From the NCBI RefSeq assembly GCF_006345805.1, contig NC_043001.1, positions 36,208,001-36,272,000 on the forward strand: DNA of 64,000 nucleotides, read 5' to 3'. The stretch's first letter is position 1; each line of letters starts with the position of its first letter. Positions 40,999 to 52,921 of this stretch are shown one piece after another. A program made the translations under genes and the position numbers. Below the pieces are notes generated by a model. The model searched no databases and was not told the origin of the DNA. It was given only the letters and a program-made list of their open reading frames with translations. The stretch comes from Octopus sinensis (taxonomy: Eukaryota).

Positions 40999-41413
40999 TA
41001 TGAAGTAACATAGTGTTATGTTGCACGTTCGGATGACAGCTACTCAACTCTCCTCAAACTGCTACTCTGTTCTAGTCTCTACTTCTCTTCTCTACTTTAC
41101 TCTCTCGACTTCTAGACTTCTCCTTCTATATCTACGTATTGGGCTAGTCTACTTCATCGTCTGGGGGCGTCTACTCTACACATAGTGTCTGAAGTAGATG
41201 TACGGCTAAAATGTCTTCTGGTCTGTTTTCCCAAGATTCTTGTAACTTGTTTGAATTAATCAAACAGTGGGATTTTGTTCCATCTTGGGTTTAATCCAAA
41301 TAAAATCCAATTTGCATGGATGTCGCATGCTGCTCTCAAGTTTGGTAAGTGCTTTACTGACAGTAAACGACAAACATACAGTATGTACTTAGGCGGTATA
41401 ATCTACTCTAGAG

Positions 41414-41707
41414 CAGTGCTTCTCAAACTATCTGACGTGGCGTACCGACAGTTTTTTCTTTTTTCCAATGTGCCAATAACCGATAATATTTCTCAGTAAT
41501 ATTAATTTATACCGGAAACAATATATATAATGAATATTATAAAAGTTGAAAATTCTTTTTATCTTATATTTATTTTGTAAACAAATAACGTAATATTACA
41601 TAAGCATTTTATAATGTTCCTTTCTTTTCTGGAAACTCGCCGAGTACCGGCAGCTGATGGCTCGCGGACCGGCACCGGTCCGCGGACAATCACTTTGAGT
41701 AGCACTG
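41414..41707. mobile_element. hAT MITE (same family as 31790-32071)
   Basis: TIRs CAGTGCTTCTCAAA / TTTGAGTAGCACTG; decayed TSD ctctagag/ttctaaat; subterminal palindrome gcggaccggcaccggtccgc. Confidence 0.9.
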
Positions 41708-41958
41708 TTCTAAATCTAAATTTACCGCAGACACTTGTGAAATCAAACTTATTTAAATACGGAGAAAAATTGTGAACAGCTCTCCTTTATATAACATCTT
41801 CAATGACAGAAACCATGGCAGGGAGCGATTATAAGTTGATTTTGTTGATGTTTATAGCGGATCGAGCGATGACATGCAGGTTCAACGACATTTTTCTGTG
41901 TGTGATTGTATATGTGTGTATGTATGTGTTATATATACATATACATATGTGATTAGAT

Positions 41959-42246
41959 TCATGTCTTTCTTTCGCTGGGCTCAAATCTCATTTGCGGACC
42001 CATGAAAAACGAACTTCCACCAACTATTCTGCCTAAATGCCTGTACACACCTTTCAATGCCGTATATGCCATGAGGTCTGCGGATCTAACGGAAGCCTCA
42101 ATAGACATTTTAAGATCCACAAAGATCAGAACTTAACTGCAGCTTTTGGTGGTTCAAATCGGATATGCAATCTATGTGGGTGTCTTTTCAATACATTGTC
42201 TGGTTTAAAAAGGCACATCAGACGCCAAGATGGACCTAACGTGTAG
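41959..42246 (+). pseudogene. Fragment with three C2H2 zinc fingers (first partial) and one in-frame stop; probably the C-terminus of a 5'-truncated LINE ORF
   Basis: SCLSFAGLKSHLRTH...YSA*MPVHTFQCRICHEVCGSNGSLNRHFKIH...CNLCGCLFNTLSGLKRHIRRQ, all in one frame, with no TGEKP linkers. Confidence 0.65.
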
Positions 42247-42504
42247 GTACAGGAGGTGGTAAAATTCTGCATAAGGGGTAGACAACCACCACATACGTGC
42301 ATATGTGTGTGCAAATAGATGTAAGTATATATATTTATAAGAGGACAGGCTATAGTTCGCAAACTCTTTACATATGCCCTAATAGTAAATCAAATAGAGA
42401 ATGCTTTTCACGTTCAGCATAACGAGGGCTTCCTCGCCTGGTGCTATAGTAGAAAACATTCGCCTAAAGTGCGGCGCAGTGAGGACAACGTTTCTTGTAT
42501 TTAA

Positions 42505-42673
42505 TTGGCGTGGCTGAGTGGTAAGAAGCTTGCTTCCCAACGACATGTTTCGGGGTTCGGTCCCACTGCGAGGCATCTTGGGCAAGTGCATTTTATTATA
42601 GACTCGGGCTGAGCAAATCCTTGTGAATAGATTTGGTAGGCGGAAACTGAAATAATCTTGTCGTATATATATG

Positions 42674-42732
<59 letters not shown>

Positions 42733-42955
42733 GTGTGCGTGTGTGTGTGTGTGCGTGTGTGTGTGTGTGTGTGTGTGCGTGCGCGTGTGTGTGCGTGTGT
42801 GCGTGTGTGTGGTGTGTGTGTGTGTGTGCGTGTGTGTGTGTGTGTGTGTGCGTGTGTGTGTGTGTGTGTGTGGTGTGCGGGGTGTGCGTGTGTGTTGTGT
42901 GTGGTGTGTGTGTGTGCGTGTGTGCGTGTGGTGTGTGTGTGTGTGTGTGTGGTTC

Positions 42956-43007
<52 letters not shown>

Positions 43008-43041
43008 GTGTGTATGTGTGTGTGTGTGTGTGCGTGTGTGT

Positions 43042-43096
<55 letters not shown>

Positions 43097-43300
43097 GGGT
43101 GTCTGTGTTTATATTTGCCCTCCCACATATTTGCCCTGATAATCGATGCTGGTGTGTTGCTGTCCCCCGTAATCTAGCGGCTCGGCAAAAGTTCTAGGCT
43201 TTAGAAAAAAAAAAGTTCTGTGGTCGATACATTCGCCTAAGTTTTCTTGAAGGCAATTGCCCCAGCATGGTCGCAGTCTAATGGTTGAAACAAGCAAAAG
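42505..43300 (+). mobile_element. SINE family A (diverged) with a greatly expanded internal (TG)n
   Basis: Head and body at 42505-42665, about 430 bp of TG repeat, tail ccagcatggtcgcagtctaatggttgaaacaag. Confidence 0.8.
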
Positions 43301-43964
43301 ACAAAATATAAAAGATGCTATGTTTGATAAAAGCCAATTCACGAAACCCGCGACCCTTGAGTCACCTTGTAGCTTCTACCGAATAATTGAAAAAGTACTG
43401 TGTTTAATATTGATTTCCCATAACTCATAATATTGATGCACATATATTGATGTATATTCCTATGAATGCAAGATTATATATTGCATTGCAAGTAATTTCC
43501 CAACATTAAAACCACATACTTGACTCTGCCACTAAGTGTCATTATATCTGTCGCAATACATAGATTGATAAAAAAGGTCACATCGGAAAGATCGATTTAA
43601 CATAGCAGAAACCCAAATACGAGAAATCTATCAAAAACTGAGATTCAGTCAATAGCTCCATTTTCTGTTGCTTTATATCGTTGTTGTTGCTGTATTGTCG
43701 TTCATGCTGCTGTTGTTGCTACTGTTATCATATATATATGTAATATATATATATATATACAGAGAGAGAGAGAGAGAGAGAGAGAAAAAGGGAGTAGATA
43801 GATAAAGTAAAAATGTAAAAACAAAAACACGTGGAATCACTCCCAAAAATATTTATATGTATCAAAACAGTTTGATTAAAATTCGTTGGTACTCTTGAGA
43901 GTCAAGCGTATTCCAATAAATTTGTTGAGTAATCTTCTTTCGCTTGTCCACTCTCTCGTATATA

Positions 43965-44022
<58 letters not shown>

Positions 44023-44085
44023 GACACATACACACACACACAACACATATGTATGTATATATATATATGAGCATAAAACTGCGAC

Positions 44086-44185
44086 NNNNNNNNNNNNNNN
44101 NNNNNNNNNNNNNNNNNNNNNNNNNNNNNNNNNNNNNNNNNNNNNNNNNNNNNNNNNNNNNNNNNNNNNNNNNNNNNNNNNNNNN
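44086..44185. other. Assembly gap (100 N)
   Basis: Run of N; the round length suggests a placeholder. Confidence 0.99.
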
Positions 44186-44544
44186 ATGTATCTATACATA
44201 TAAAGCAAGGTGCTTACGTTAGTCTGAAATCTAAAGACAGCGCAGTATGTAATAGACAGACATCGAACAATGTTACACTGAATCAAGCACTGCTAACGAA
44301 CTAATAATTACATATATATATATATGTATGAATGTATTTACGTATGTACATAAATCTATGTATGTATATAAGTATACGTGCACGTGTGCATATATATATA
44401 TATATATATATAATTACTGGTTCGCTGGAGTGCTTTATTTGAATATCGTACTGTATGACTGTCTGTTACATATTGTTTTCGGTAACGACTTTAGCGAACA
44501 CAATACCTAAGAGACACAGATAAGTACCTCGCTTTTATATACTC

Positions 44545-45627
44545 TTAGCAGAGATACCCGGCGTTGCTCGGGGTTAAATGTCATAGTTTGTATATATATA
44601 TTACAGTTATGCTAGAACAGGAGATACGGGTAAATGCAGTATTGATGACAAAACATTTGTGGAGTAAATGATGGGCTAATTCGACTAAGCGCCATGTCGT
44701 GCCTCTTTTGGGAGTATTGCAGGCCTTAGCCGGTCATGGTAATTGGGGGTGGGGGGTATGTGATTTTTGAACGGATCGAAAAGCTGTCAGTGGAGATACC
44801 CTCCTTTGCAGCATCTGAAGTTTTGATACATCGTCTGAAGTTTTGATACCTCCTTCGGGTTTGTTGTCCTCGAAGTAAATTTGGAGGAAGTGTAGTTGTT
44901 CATTTTGTGGGTAACAGGGAAGCAATGAGATGACAGACTTCCCCTTGAAATTTAAACGTTGGCGTAAATCCATGTTCAACTATCTCCTTAGATGCAGCAA
45001 ACGATGCCATTTGGAATGCATAATTGTATTAGCTGATATTGTTCAGAAAAACCTTTTGACTGGATGGAAGTGCCTTTCAGAAGATTTATAAGAGGTTGTG
45101 GAGAAGCTGGTAGTGCTGGCAATCTTACCTTACTACCTGAGCAGCGCATGCCATTAGTTTCATATGGAAATTTGGTGAAAGTCACATCTCCCCTCTCTAC
45201 TGAGACTTCATCTGACATGCTATAGCATGTGTTTGCTGATCTTGAGAATGTGTCGTCTCGCTTGTCTTGAGGCTCCCTTTGACATGCTGTAGCATGCATT
45301 TGCTGATCTTGGGAAAGTTTTATCAAAAGTGAAAGTATAATATGAGACAATTAGTGAAAGAAAAAAGTGAAACAATATTATAGTCTTATAAAAAGTGAAA
45401 GAATAAAAGTGAAACAATATAATATCGTTGAAAAAATCGGAAAGGTCGTATAGTGGGGATCTACAGCCCCCTATATGGGCAAGAGCCAAAATTTGACCCC
45501 CATCCCTAGAACCTTCCCCGGATAATGAAAAACCTTCATGCCAAATTTGGTACAGATTGATCCAGCAGTTTGGCTGTGCCTAGAGGAAACACACACTCAC
45601 GCACACAGTGAATTTTATAGATATAGA
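44545..45627 (-). mobile_element. Helitron deletion derivative retaining the N-terminal Rep-helicase coding segment
   Basis: 5' TCtatatctataaaattc; 3' cccgagcaacgccggg hairpin plus CTAA. Internal KFPYETNGMRCSGSKVRLPALPASPQPLINLL, then after a frameshift FLNNIS*YNYAFQMASF...GFTPTFKFQG...LHFLQIYF, matching the Helitron motif CC..GKV.LP...FL.NIR.YNSAFQMTSFG...F.IQG...FLQIYF. Confidence 0.9.
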
Positions 45628-46544
45628 TGGGGAGGAAAAACTATTTTCAAGCACATATCGCCCTTTCCTCATTCACAGTGTACACGTTTAAATAACCATA
45701 GAATTTGACATAACGTTTAAAGTTAATCTTGTGTCTCATAATGTAAATTTTACTGATGTTAGCAATTATTATATGACTTTATAATTTGAGAATAGGGGTC
45801 ACAAGTAACAATATTTCTATGTCCCTTTTCTGCAATTCTTCCTTTCCCCGTTTGATTAGTCTTTTAGCCGTGACTTACATATATTCTTTTCTAGCATGTT
45901 ATGTTCAGAATTCAGTTATCCCAAATAGTCATCCGTATTACGACAGTGTACAAAACTTTAAAGGGGACTTGCTTACTTTTTAATTCTAGTTGAATGACAA
46001 CTATGAAGGGCTTCCCTCGTGAACCTACGCATCCCTGTTCCACCATCTTGCCGAAAGCATGAGGTATTGTGAGAAATTAATCGATAGGACGTAGATAGGT
46101 CATAAATTTATCTGGCGCTTCGCAATGATGACAACAAAAGCAAGAACAACAGTAATTCTATGTGATAAAAAACAATATAGCTGCAAAATGAAGCAAATGA
46201 CTTTTTAGCTAATGACACTAGCTACAAGTACTGTAAATCTATACCGTGACTGAAGTGCCGACACTATAATACTATAGCAACATATTCTAGTACCAACATA
46301 GAAACCTTGCGATTTATGAATAAATGAATGTTGTTGTCAGTGTTGCTTTGCTTAAAAGGCATTGTTCTAATTATGAATATGCTTTGTGAATGTTTAAATG
46401 AATCTAAGTTGGTAATTTATGTTAACGAATATGTTGGAGTTATTAATAACTATTGCTAAAGTTCTATCATGTTTTACTTTAGGTACAATTTATTTGCGAT
46501 TTGCTATTGCTCATTAGTGCTACCTGCAACATGTGTGTGCGCGT

Positions 46545-46595
<51 letters not shown>

Positions 46596-46819
46596 GCATG
46601 TGTTTGTATATAGACACATATATACGTAATGATGATGTTTACATATAAATGTATATATCTCTATCCACACGCACGCACACACTCTCACATACACACGCAC
46701 GCCCACCTACGTTTTGAGATCACCAATGCTTTATCATCTCCCCTTCTTCCTAGCTCTTCTGTCTAACTACCTTTGTCCAGCCAGCCGCCATGATTGACCG
46801 CTAGCTCCAAAAGGTTTTT

Positions 46820-46980
46820 TTTAATTATCTCTCTGTTTATTTCCTCGTGTTCGTTTCTGTTGAAGAGCGTAGGCTCGAAGCGTAAAAGACTTTCTCTTTT
46901 AAACTAATACACTTGTTTGTTGTTTATACGTTTATACACTTGTCTTCGTCTTCTGTTTTTCTGAAAATTTCAACTATATA
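46820..46980 (+). mobile_element. PLE-type terminal repeat fragment with a variant hammerhead (46853-46888)
   Basis: gttt-CTGTTGA-a-GAGC(gtag)GCTC-GAAGC-GTA-aaag; family tail ending ttcaactatata. Confidence 0.7.
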
Positions 46981-47284
46981 TCCCCCATGTTTGTTTTCGC
47001 TCCCTTTCCTTATATGTCCCCGCTGTTCTGTTTTTGTTCCCAAATTTAACCCTCCATAAACCAAAATTTTATTTTGGAATTTGTGGGAGAAACCGTCTTT
47101 GAAGACTCATATTGTCGTAAAATGCTCGAAATGAGGAGTAGAGAGACAGCCGACAACTGATGAAAGGAACCTACTCTGTGTGTACTTGTCCTGTTTGTTC
47201 GTATTTCATTTTGTTTGCAAAGCTAGTGACGTCCACACACACACACACACATACATACATACATAGATACATACACACACACAC

Positions 47285-47315
<31 letters not shown>

Positions 47316-48742
47316 AGTGTGTACATGTATATATATATGTATGTCTATCTATCAATATATATATATATATGTATATTATATATATATAATGTGTATGTGT
47401 GTGTGTTTGTCTGTGTGTGCGTGTGTGTACGTGTACATATATACGTATGTATATACAATTATATACATACATGCATACATGCAAGCGAGTATATCAGGCT
47501 GAGAAGTTCCAGACTTTTGGATTCCTCTGTAGTCACAGGAAGCCCCGTATATACATACTCCAAAATCGCCTACATTTTTGAATGTGATAAAGTGACCGCG
47601 TGCCTTTTTATTTATTTATTTATTCTTTGCAAATTAATGGGGATCCCTTCATGTTTATGATAAGAAAATAGTTCGACCCATGTTGGTAGGATGAAACTAA
47701 TCTCGTTTTATTTGTCTATTTCAGCTGGAACTACAGTGGAGTGAGAAGTATTTTTATTTTTTTTTTTTTATCTAGTTTCAGCTCACAAGCTGTGGCCATG
47801 CTGGGGCAAGCCATTTGGTGTTGCTACATGATTTTACTTCACGAATGCTTTTAGCAATTGCCATTTGGTGCATTGAGAGTTCGATGCAGCTGCCCTCAGC
47901 TGCACCTCCTGCCGTGAAGTTGGTTCATCTGGGACACCTGACAAGAAGAGATCCAGTTTTATTTTAAAGACATCAGCATCCACCCCATGCATGTCTCTTA
48001 GGTTCTTCGGGAGGATATGTGGAGCTTATCTGTATAACAGACACGGCAGTATCTCGATCCTCTGTGATACTTTGGTGGTTCGCTTACTATCACTAATAAA
48101 ATATACTTTGCTCTTTTCCTAATTATCCGATCTCGAAATACAATTTGAAAAGGCAGCGCTGCTTGTCAAGTAGTAGTGAGAGAAGATGTTGATGAAAGAA
48201 AGCTTTCTCATTATAAGCCGAATACAAGTTATCTTGCATGTATTGAGGCATAGATCCTTTCCAGAGATTAGATCTTCATATGTCGGCAATTGTATATTGG
48301 TCTATTTAGAATTGTGACCCCTGATAACACTGGACATATTTTGGATGCGGCTGAATTTCACCTTTGTAGTGCGTTGCTGAACATGTCACAGATTTATAAA
48401 CACATGCATTTGCACATAGATATATGTCTATACATTTCTACATGAGTACATAGAAACGTATATTCACAGATACATGCACACAAATCTATAGGTGGGAAAG
48501 AATGTAGGTGTAATAAAGAAAGAAAGGAAGGAAGAACAGAAGGAAGGAAGAGAGAAAGAAGGAAACGAAAGACACAAAGGAGTAATGCAAGCGCGTAAGA
48601 AAGAGAACAGAAAAAAAAACTGAGAAATATATCTAGAATGCACACACACGCGCGCATTTATATATTTGTTGCTGTGAATTCTCATACCGCAGGTGTGAGA
48701 ATAAGCTATTACATTTCTTAGTGGTACACACAAATACATATA

Positions 48743-48805
<63 letters not shown>

Positions 48806-48934
48806 GATATATATATATATACATATATATAGTCTATATATTGTATATGTATATTACATATGTGTATGATGTATATGTATGTATATTATATATATGTATG
48901 TGCCTGGAGGTATATATTCCTAAATATACACCCC

Positions 48935-48966
<32 letters not shown>

Positions 48967-49190
48967 CATATACACACACACACATATATACACATATGCA
49001 CACACACACATATATATATGCAAGTATGTATATATATAGATATATATTGACATATATATATCTCTATATCTTTATATATTAATGTATATATATATATAAA
49101 CGCGTACACTCACCACGTATACATTATATATATATATATACATGATGGAACGCCACGCATCCACTCCAAGTAAGTTTTATATATACACAC

Positions 49191-49281
<91 letters not shown>

Positions 49282-49990
49282 TACGTTTATGTATTTGAGC
49301 AAGTTGTGTCTGCGTGCGTATCATACAACTTTGTGTAACAGAATCAAAAGTAGTCTATTCAAAGCAACGTTGCCTGTTTGTCTAGTAAGAGATAATAGCA
49401 GCATTAGTTATCGTTTAAGACGCCTCTGGTCTGTCAGTTGTGTCATTTAGATTATAGTTGTCAAAATATTCTGTTAAATTACAGTAAACTTGTATTTCTA
49501 TATCTTCCAAGAATCTATACCTCTCTATTTCTCTCTAATTCTCTCGCATTTCCTCTCCTTGTATTGTACTGTATCTCCTACTCTCTATCTCAATCTCAAG
49601 CTATTTTTTTTTTCGTTCGCAGTCATACTGCGATGGCTTTTACTTACTTCAGTAAAACGTACAAGAAACAAACTAACCTTCAGTAATGTTGCTTTATCTT
49701 TTGTTTTTGTTTTTCGTTTTTTTTTTTTTGCAGTTAATACATCTGGAACATATACTGATTATGTGTTTGACGTTGGTGTCTGTGTATGTGAGCGGGCAGC
49801 GTGGAAGGTAGATATCTTGTATTCTTGTATGTCGTGGTTTAGTTTATGTCTTACTGAGATAGATATCTGATAGAATTGACATTATAGAGATGTTATTTAG
49901 CATTGACTAGTGATGTGAATACATTTAAGTGTGTTTCTTATATCGAAATTCTGCGGAAATTATTTGATAGGTGCCATATTTGGTAATTAC

Positions 49991-50035
<45 letters not shown>

Positions 50036-50072
50036 TATTGTTATTATTATTATTTTTATATTATTATTATTA

Positions 50073-50154
<82 letters not shown>

Positions 50155-50258
50155 GTTATTATTTATTATTATTATTAATTATTATTATTATTATTATTAT
50201 TTTATTATTATTATTATTTTTTATTATTTATTTCATCATCATCATCATCATCATCATT

Positions 50259-50455
50259 AAAGCGGTTAGCTTGGCAGAATCATTATCACGCTACTACTGG
50301 ACGAAATGCTTATTTCGCCATCGCTACGTTCTGAGTTCAAATTCCGGCGAGGTCGACTTTGTCTTTATCCTTCGGATCGATAAATTAAGTACCAGTGAAA
50401 CACTGGGGTCGATATAATCGCCTAGTTCCCACCCCACAAATTTCTGCCTCCAGTA
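50259..50455 (+). mobile_element. SINE family B
   Basis: aaagcggttagcttggcagaatc...ttctgagttcaaattccggcgaggtcgactttg. Confidence 0.8.
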
Positions 50456-50461
50456 GAAAGG

Positions 50462-50498
<37 letters not shown>

Positions 50499-50561
50499 TA
50501 TTATTATTATTATTATTATTGTTTACTCTTATTATTAATTATTACTTATTAATTATTATTA

Positions 50562-50616
<55 letters not shown>

Positions 50617-50682
50617 TATGATTTTCATTATTATTATATAATTATATCATCATCATTCTTCTTCTTCTTCTTCTTCTTCTTC

Positions 50683-50717
<35 letters not shown>

Positions 50718-50799
50718 TTATTATTATTATTATATTATTATTATTATTATTATTTATTATTAATTATTATTATTATTATTATATTATTTATTATTATTA

Positions 50800-50835
<36 letters not shown>

Positions 50836-50858
50836 TCATCATCATCATCATCATCATT

Positions 50859-51075
50859 AAAGCGGTGAGCTGGCAGAATCCTTAGCACGCTGATGAACGA
50901 AATGCTTATAAAGTATTTCGCCAGTTGCTACGTTCTGAGTTCAAATTCCGCCGTGGTCGACTTTGTTTTCATCCTTTCGGGGTCGATAAATTAAGTACCA
51001 GTGAAACGCTGGGGTAGATATAATGGACTTACTCCTTCCCCCGAAATCGTTGGACTTGAACCAAAATATAAAACC
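50859..51075 (+). mobile_element. SINE family B
   Basis: aaagcggtgagctggcagaatc...tcatcctttcggggtcgataaattaagtaccagt. Confidence 0.85.
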
Positions 51076-51080
51076 ACCGC

Positions 51081-51120
<40 letters not shown>

Positions 51121-51121
51121 A

Positions 51122-51176
<55 letters not shown>

Positions 51177-51199
51177 TATTATTATTATCATTATTATTA

Positions 51200-52085
51200 T
51201 TTTACTTTTAATCTGCATGTTTCTTACAGTATCTTGCCGAGATACACCCAGCGTCCTGGGGCTAGTGAAGGATAAGAGAAATTATAGTATGACTGAAAGC
51301 TTGGGGAGGGGAGGTAGCGAAATACCTTCATGTAATACAACACAGACATTTAAATGGATGTGGGCAGTACTTGTCAGCACAATCTTTTGGGTTTCTCTCA
51401 GACATGGTTCTCCTGGTATGTTGTCAAGATGTTTCTGACGCCCCATTTTTTACCATACCTAGGGCACCCATAATAACAGGAACAGTTCTCGTTTTAAGAT
51501 GCCACATCTTTTGTATTTCAGTTTCCAGGTCCTTATATTTACTCAGTTTGTCAAATTCCTTTACAGATATATTTTTATCAGTGGAAACACTCACATCTGT
51601 CAGTATACGAGTATTTTCTTCCCTCTCTTTAATAATTATGTCTGGTCAATTTGCCTGGATCGTTTGTCGGTGTTGACTGGAAAATCCCAGAGGATAGTGA
51701 CATTTCTACCTTCAACAACTGGCTCAGGATGATGTTCATACCAGTAAGCATGATTTTGGAGTGTTTACATATTTTCCAGTTTAAATACTCTCCTACCCTA
51801 TCGTGGTAACTTCTGTATTCGTTTGGTGTCAGTACAAGACATCCCGAGCCGAGATGGTCTACTGTTTAGTCAAATGTGTCGCAGAATCTGCATTTAGTGT
51901 CAGAACCGTTTTTTGAAGAACGTTAGCCTGTTAGTTTTTGCTGTGAGCAAGCTTTGATCTTGTGCCGCCAATATGAAACCTTCAGTCTCTGCTTTCAATC
52001 CAGAACTTCTCAGCCGCTGATGGATTGTTGCTTCATCTACATCAGCATTTCGACTTTGAAGTATATACTGTCCATCCAGAGGCTT
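51200..52085 (-). mobile_element. R4/Dong-type LINE, 3' fragment (CCHC region, restriction-like endonuclease, 3' UTR, (TAA)n)
   Basis: KPLDGQY...LRSSGLKAETEGFILAAQDQSL...WYEHHPEPVVEGRNVTILWDF...DKLSKYKDLETEIQKMWHLKTRTVPVIMGALG. Confidence 0.9.
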
Positions 52086-52109
52086 CTCGCTCCACCGCTC
52101 CTCAATTTA

Positions 52110-52800
52110 TTGTTGTTGTTATTATTATTTTTTTTTTTCTTCTTCTTTCAAATTTGCTTCCATTTCTTGCCGAGCGTCTTCCCGACTCCTAGGGCAAAGA
52201 AACTCATAGTTACATTGGTAGTCATTTAAACAAACTCAATAGTTCGTTCATTTTTTTTTCTTTTTTAAGGTTAAATTAAAAACATGGGCAGTAACAGCTC
52301 TCACAGAGACAATGCTCTTCTCAACGTGTGATGTACCAGTTAAGACAATCTTTTGCACTTCTTGCAGGGATGGTAAGCCAGGGATCATTCTCACATAATT
52401 TTCGGTTCCCTTCTTGATCATTCCTAGTGCTCCTACGATCACTGGTATTGTAACCGCCTTGAGATGCCACATTTTCTCAATTTCAATGAGCAGGTCTTTA
52501 TATATTTCTGAGCTTGTCCAACTCTTTCGCCGAGATACTATGATCACAGGGGATGCTCATGTCGATCAATAAGCAACTTTATGTTTTTGTCTTTCACAAC
52601 AATATCTGGTTTATTGGCTTTGATGGTTCGGTCTGTATGTACTGGAAAGTCCCACAGAATTGTTACATTTTCTCCTTCAGTTACAAGCTCAGGGTGGTGA
52701 TTATACCACTTGTCGGCAGTTTTGATATTGTAATGCCGACTTATTAGCCAGTGTAGATATTGGCCACTCTGTCATGTCTTAATTTATACTCCACTGGTGC
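52110..52800 (-). mobile_element. Second R4/Dong-type 3' fragment
   Basis: ILWDFPVHTDRTIKANKPDIV...YKDLLIEIEKMWHLKAVTIPVIVGALGMIKKG...QKIVLTGTSH. Confidence 0.9.
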
Positions 52801-52829
52801 TAAGACTTTACATCCAGAGATTAGGTGGT

Positions 52830-52863
52830 CCTTATTATTATTGTATTATTATTATTATTATTA

Positions 52864-52921
<58 letters not shown>

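Noticed and set aside
43876-44286. ORF spanning the N run
   Set aside because: An artefact of translating through the assembly gap.
47080-47230. Possible further PLE terminal repeat with CTGATGA and GAC/GTC stem elements
   Set aside because: The motif parts do not assemble into a valid hammerhead topology in this copy.
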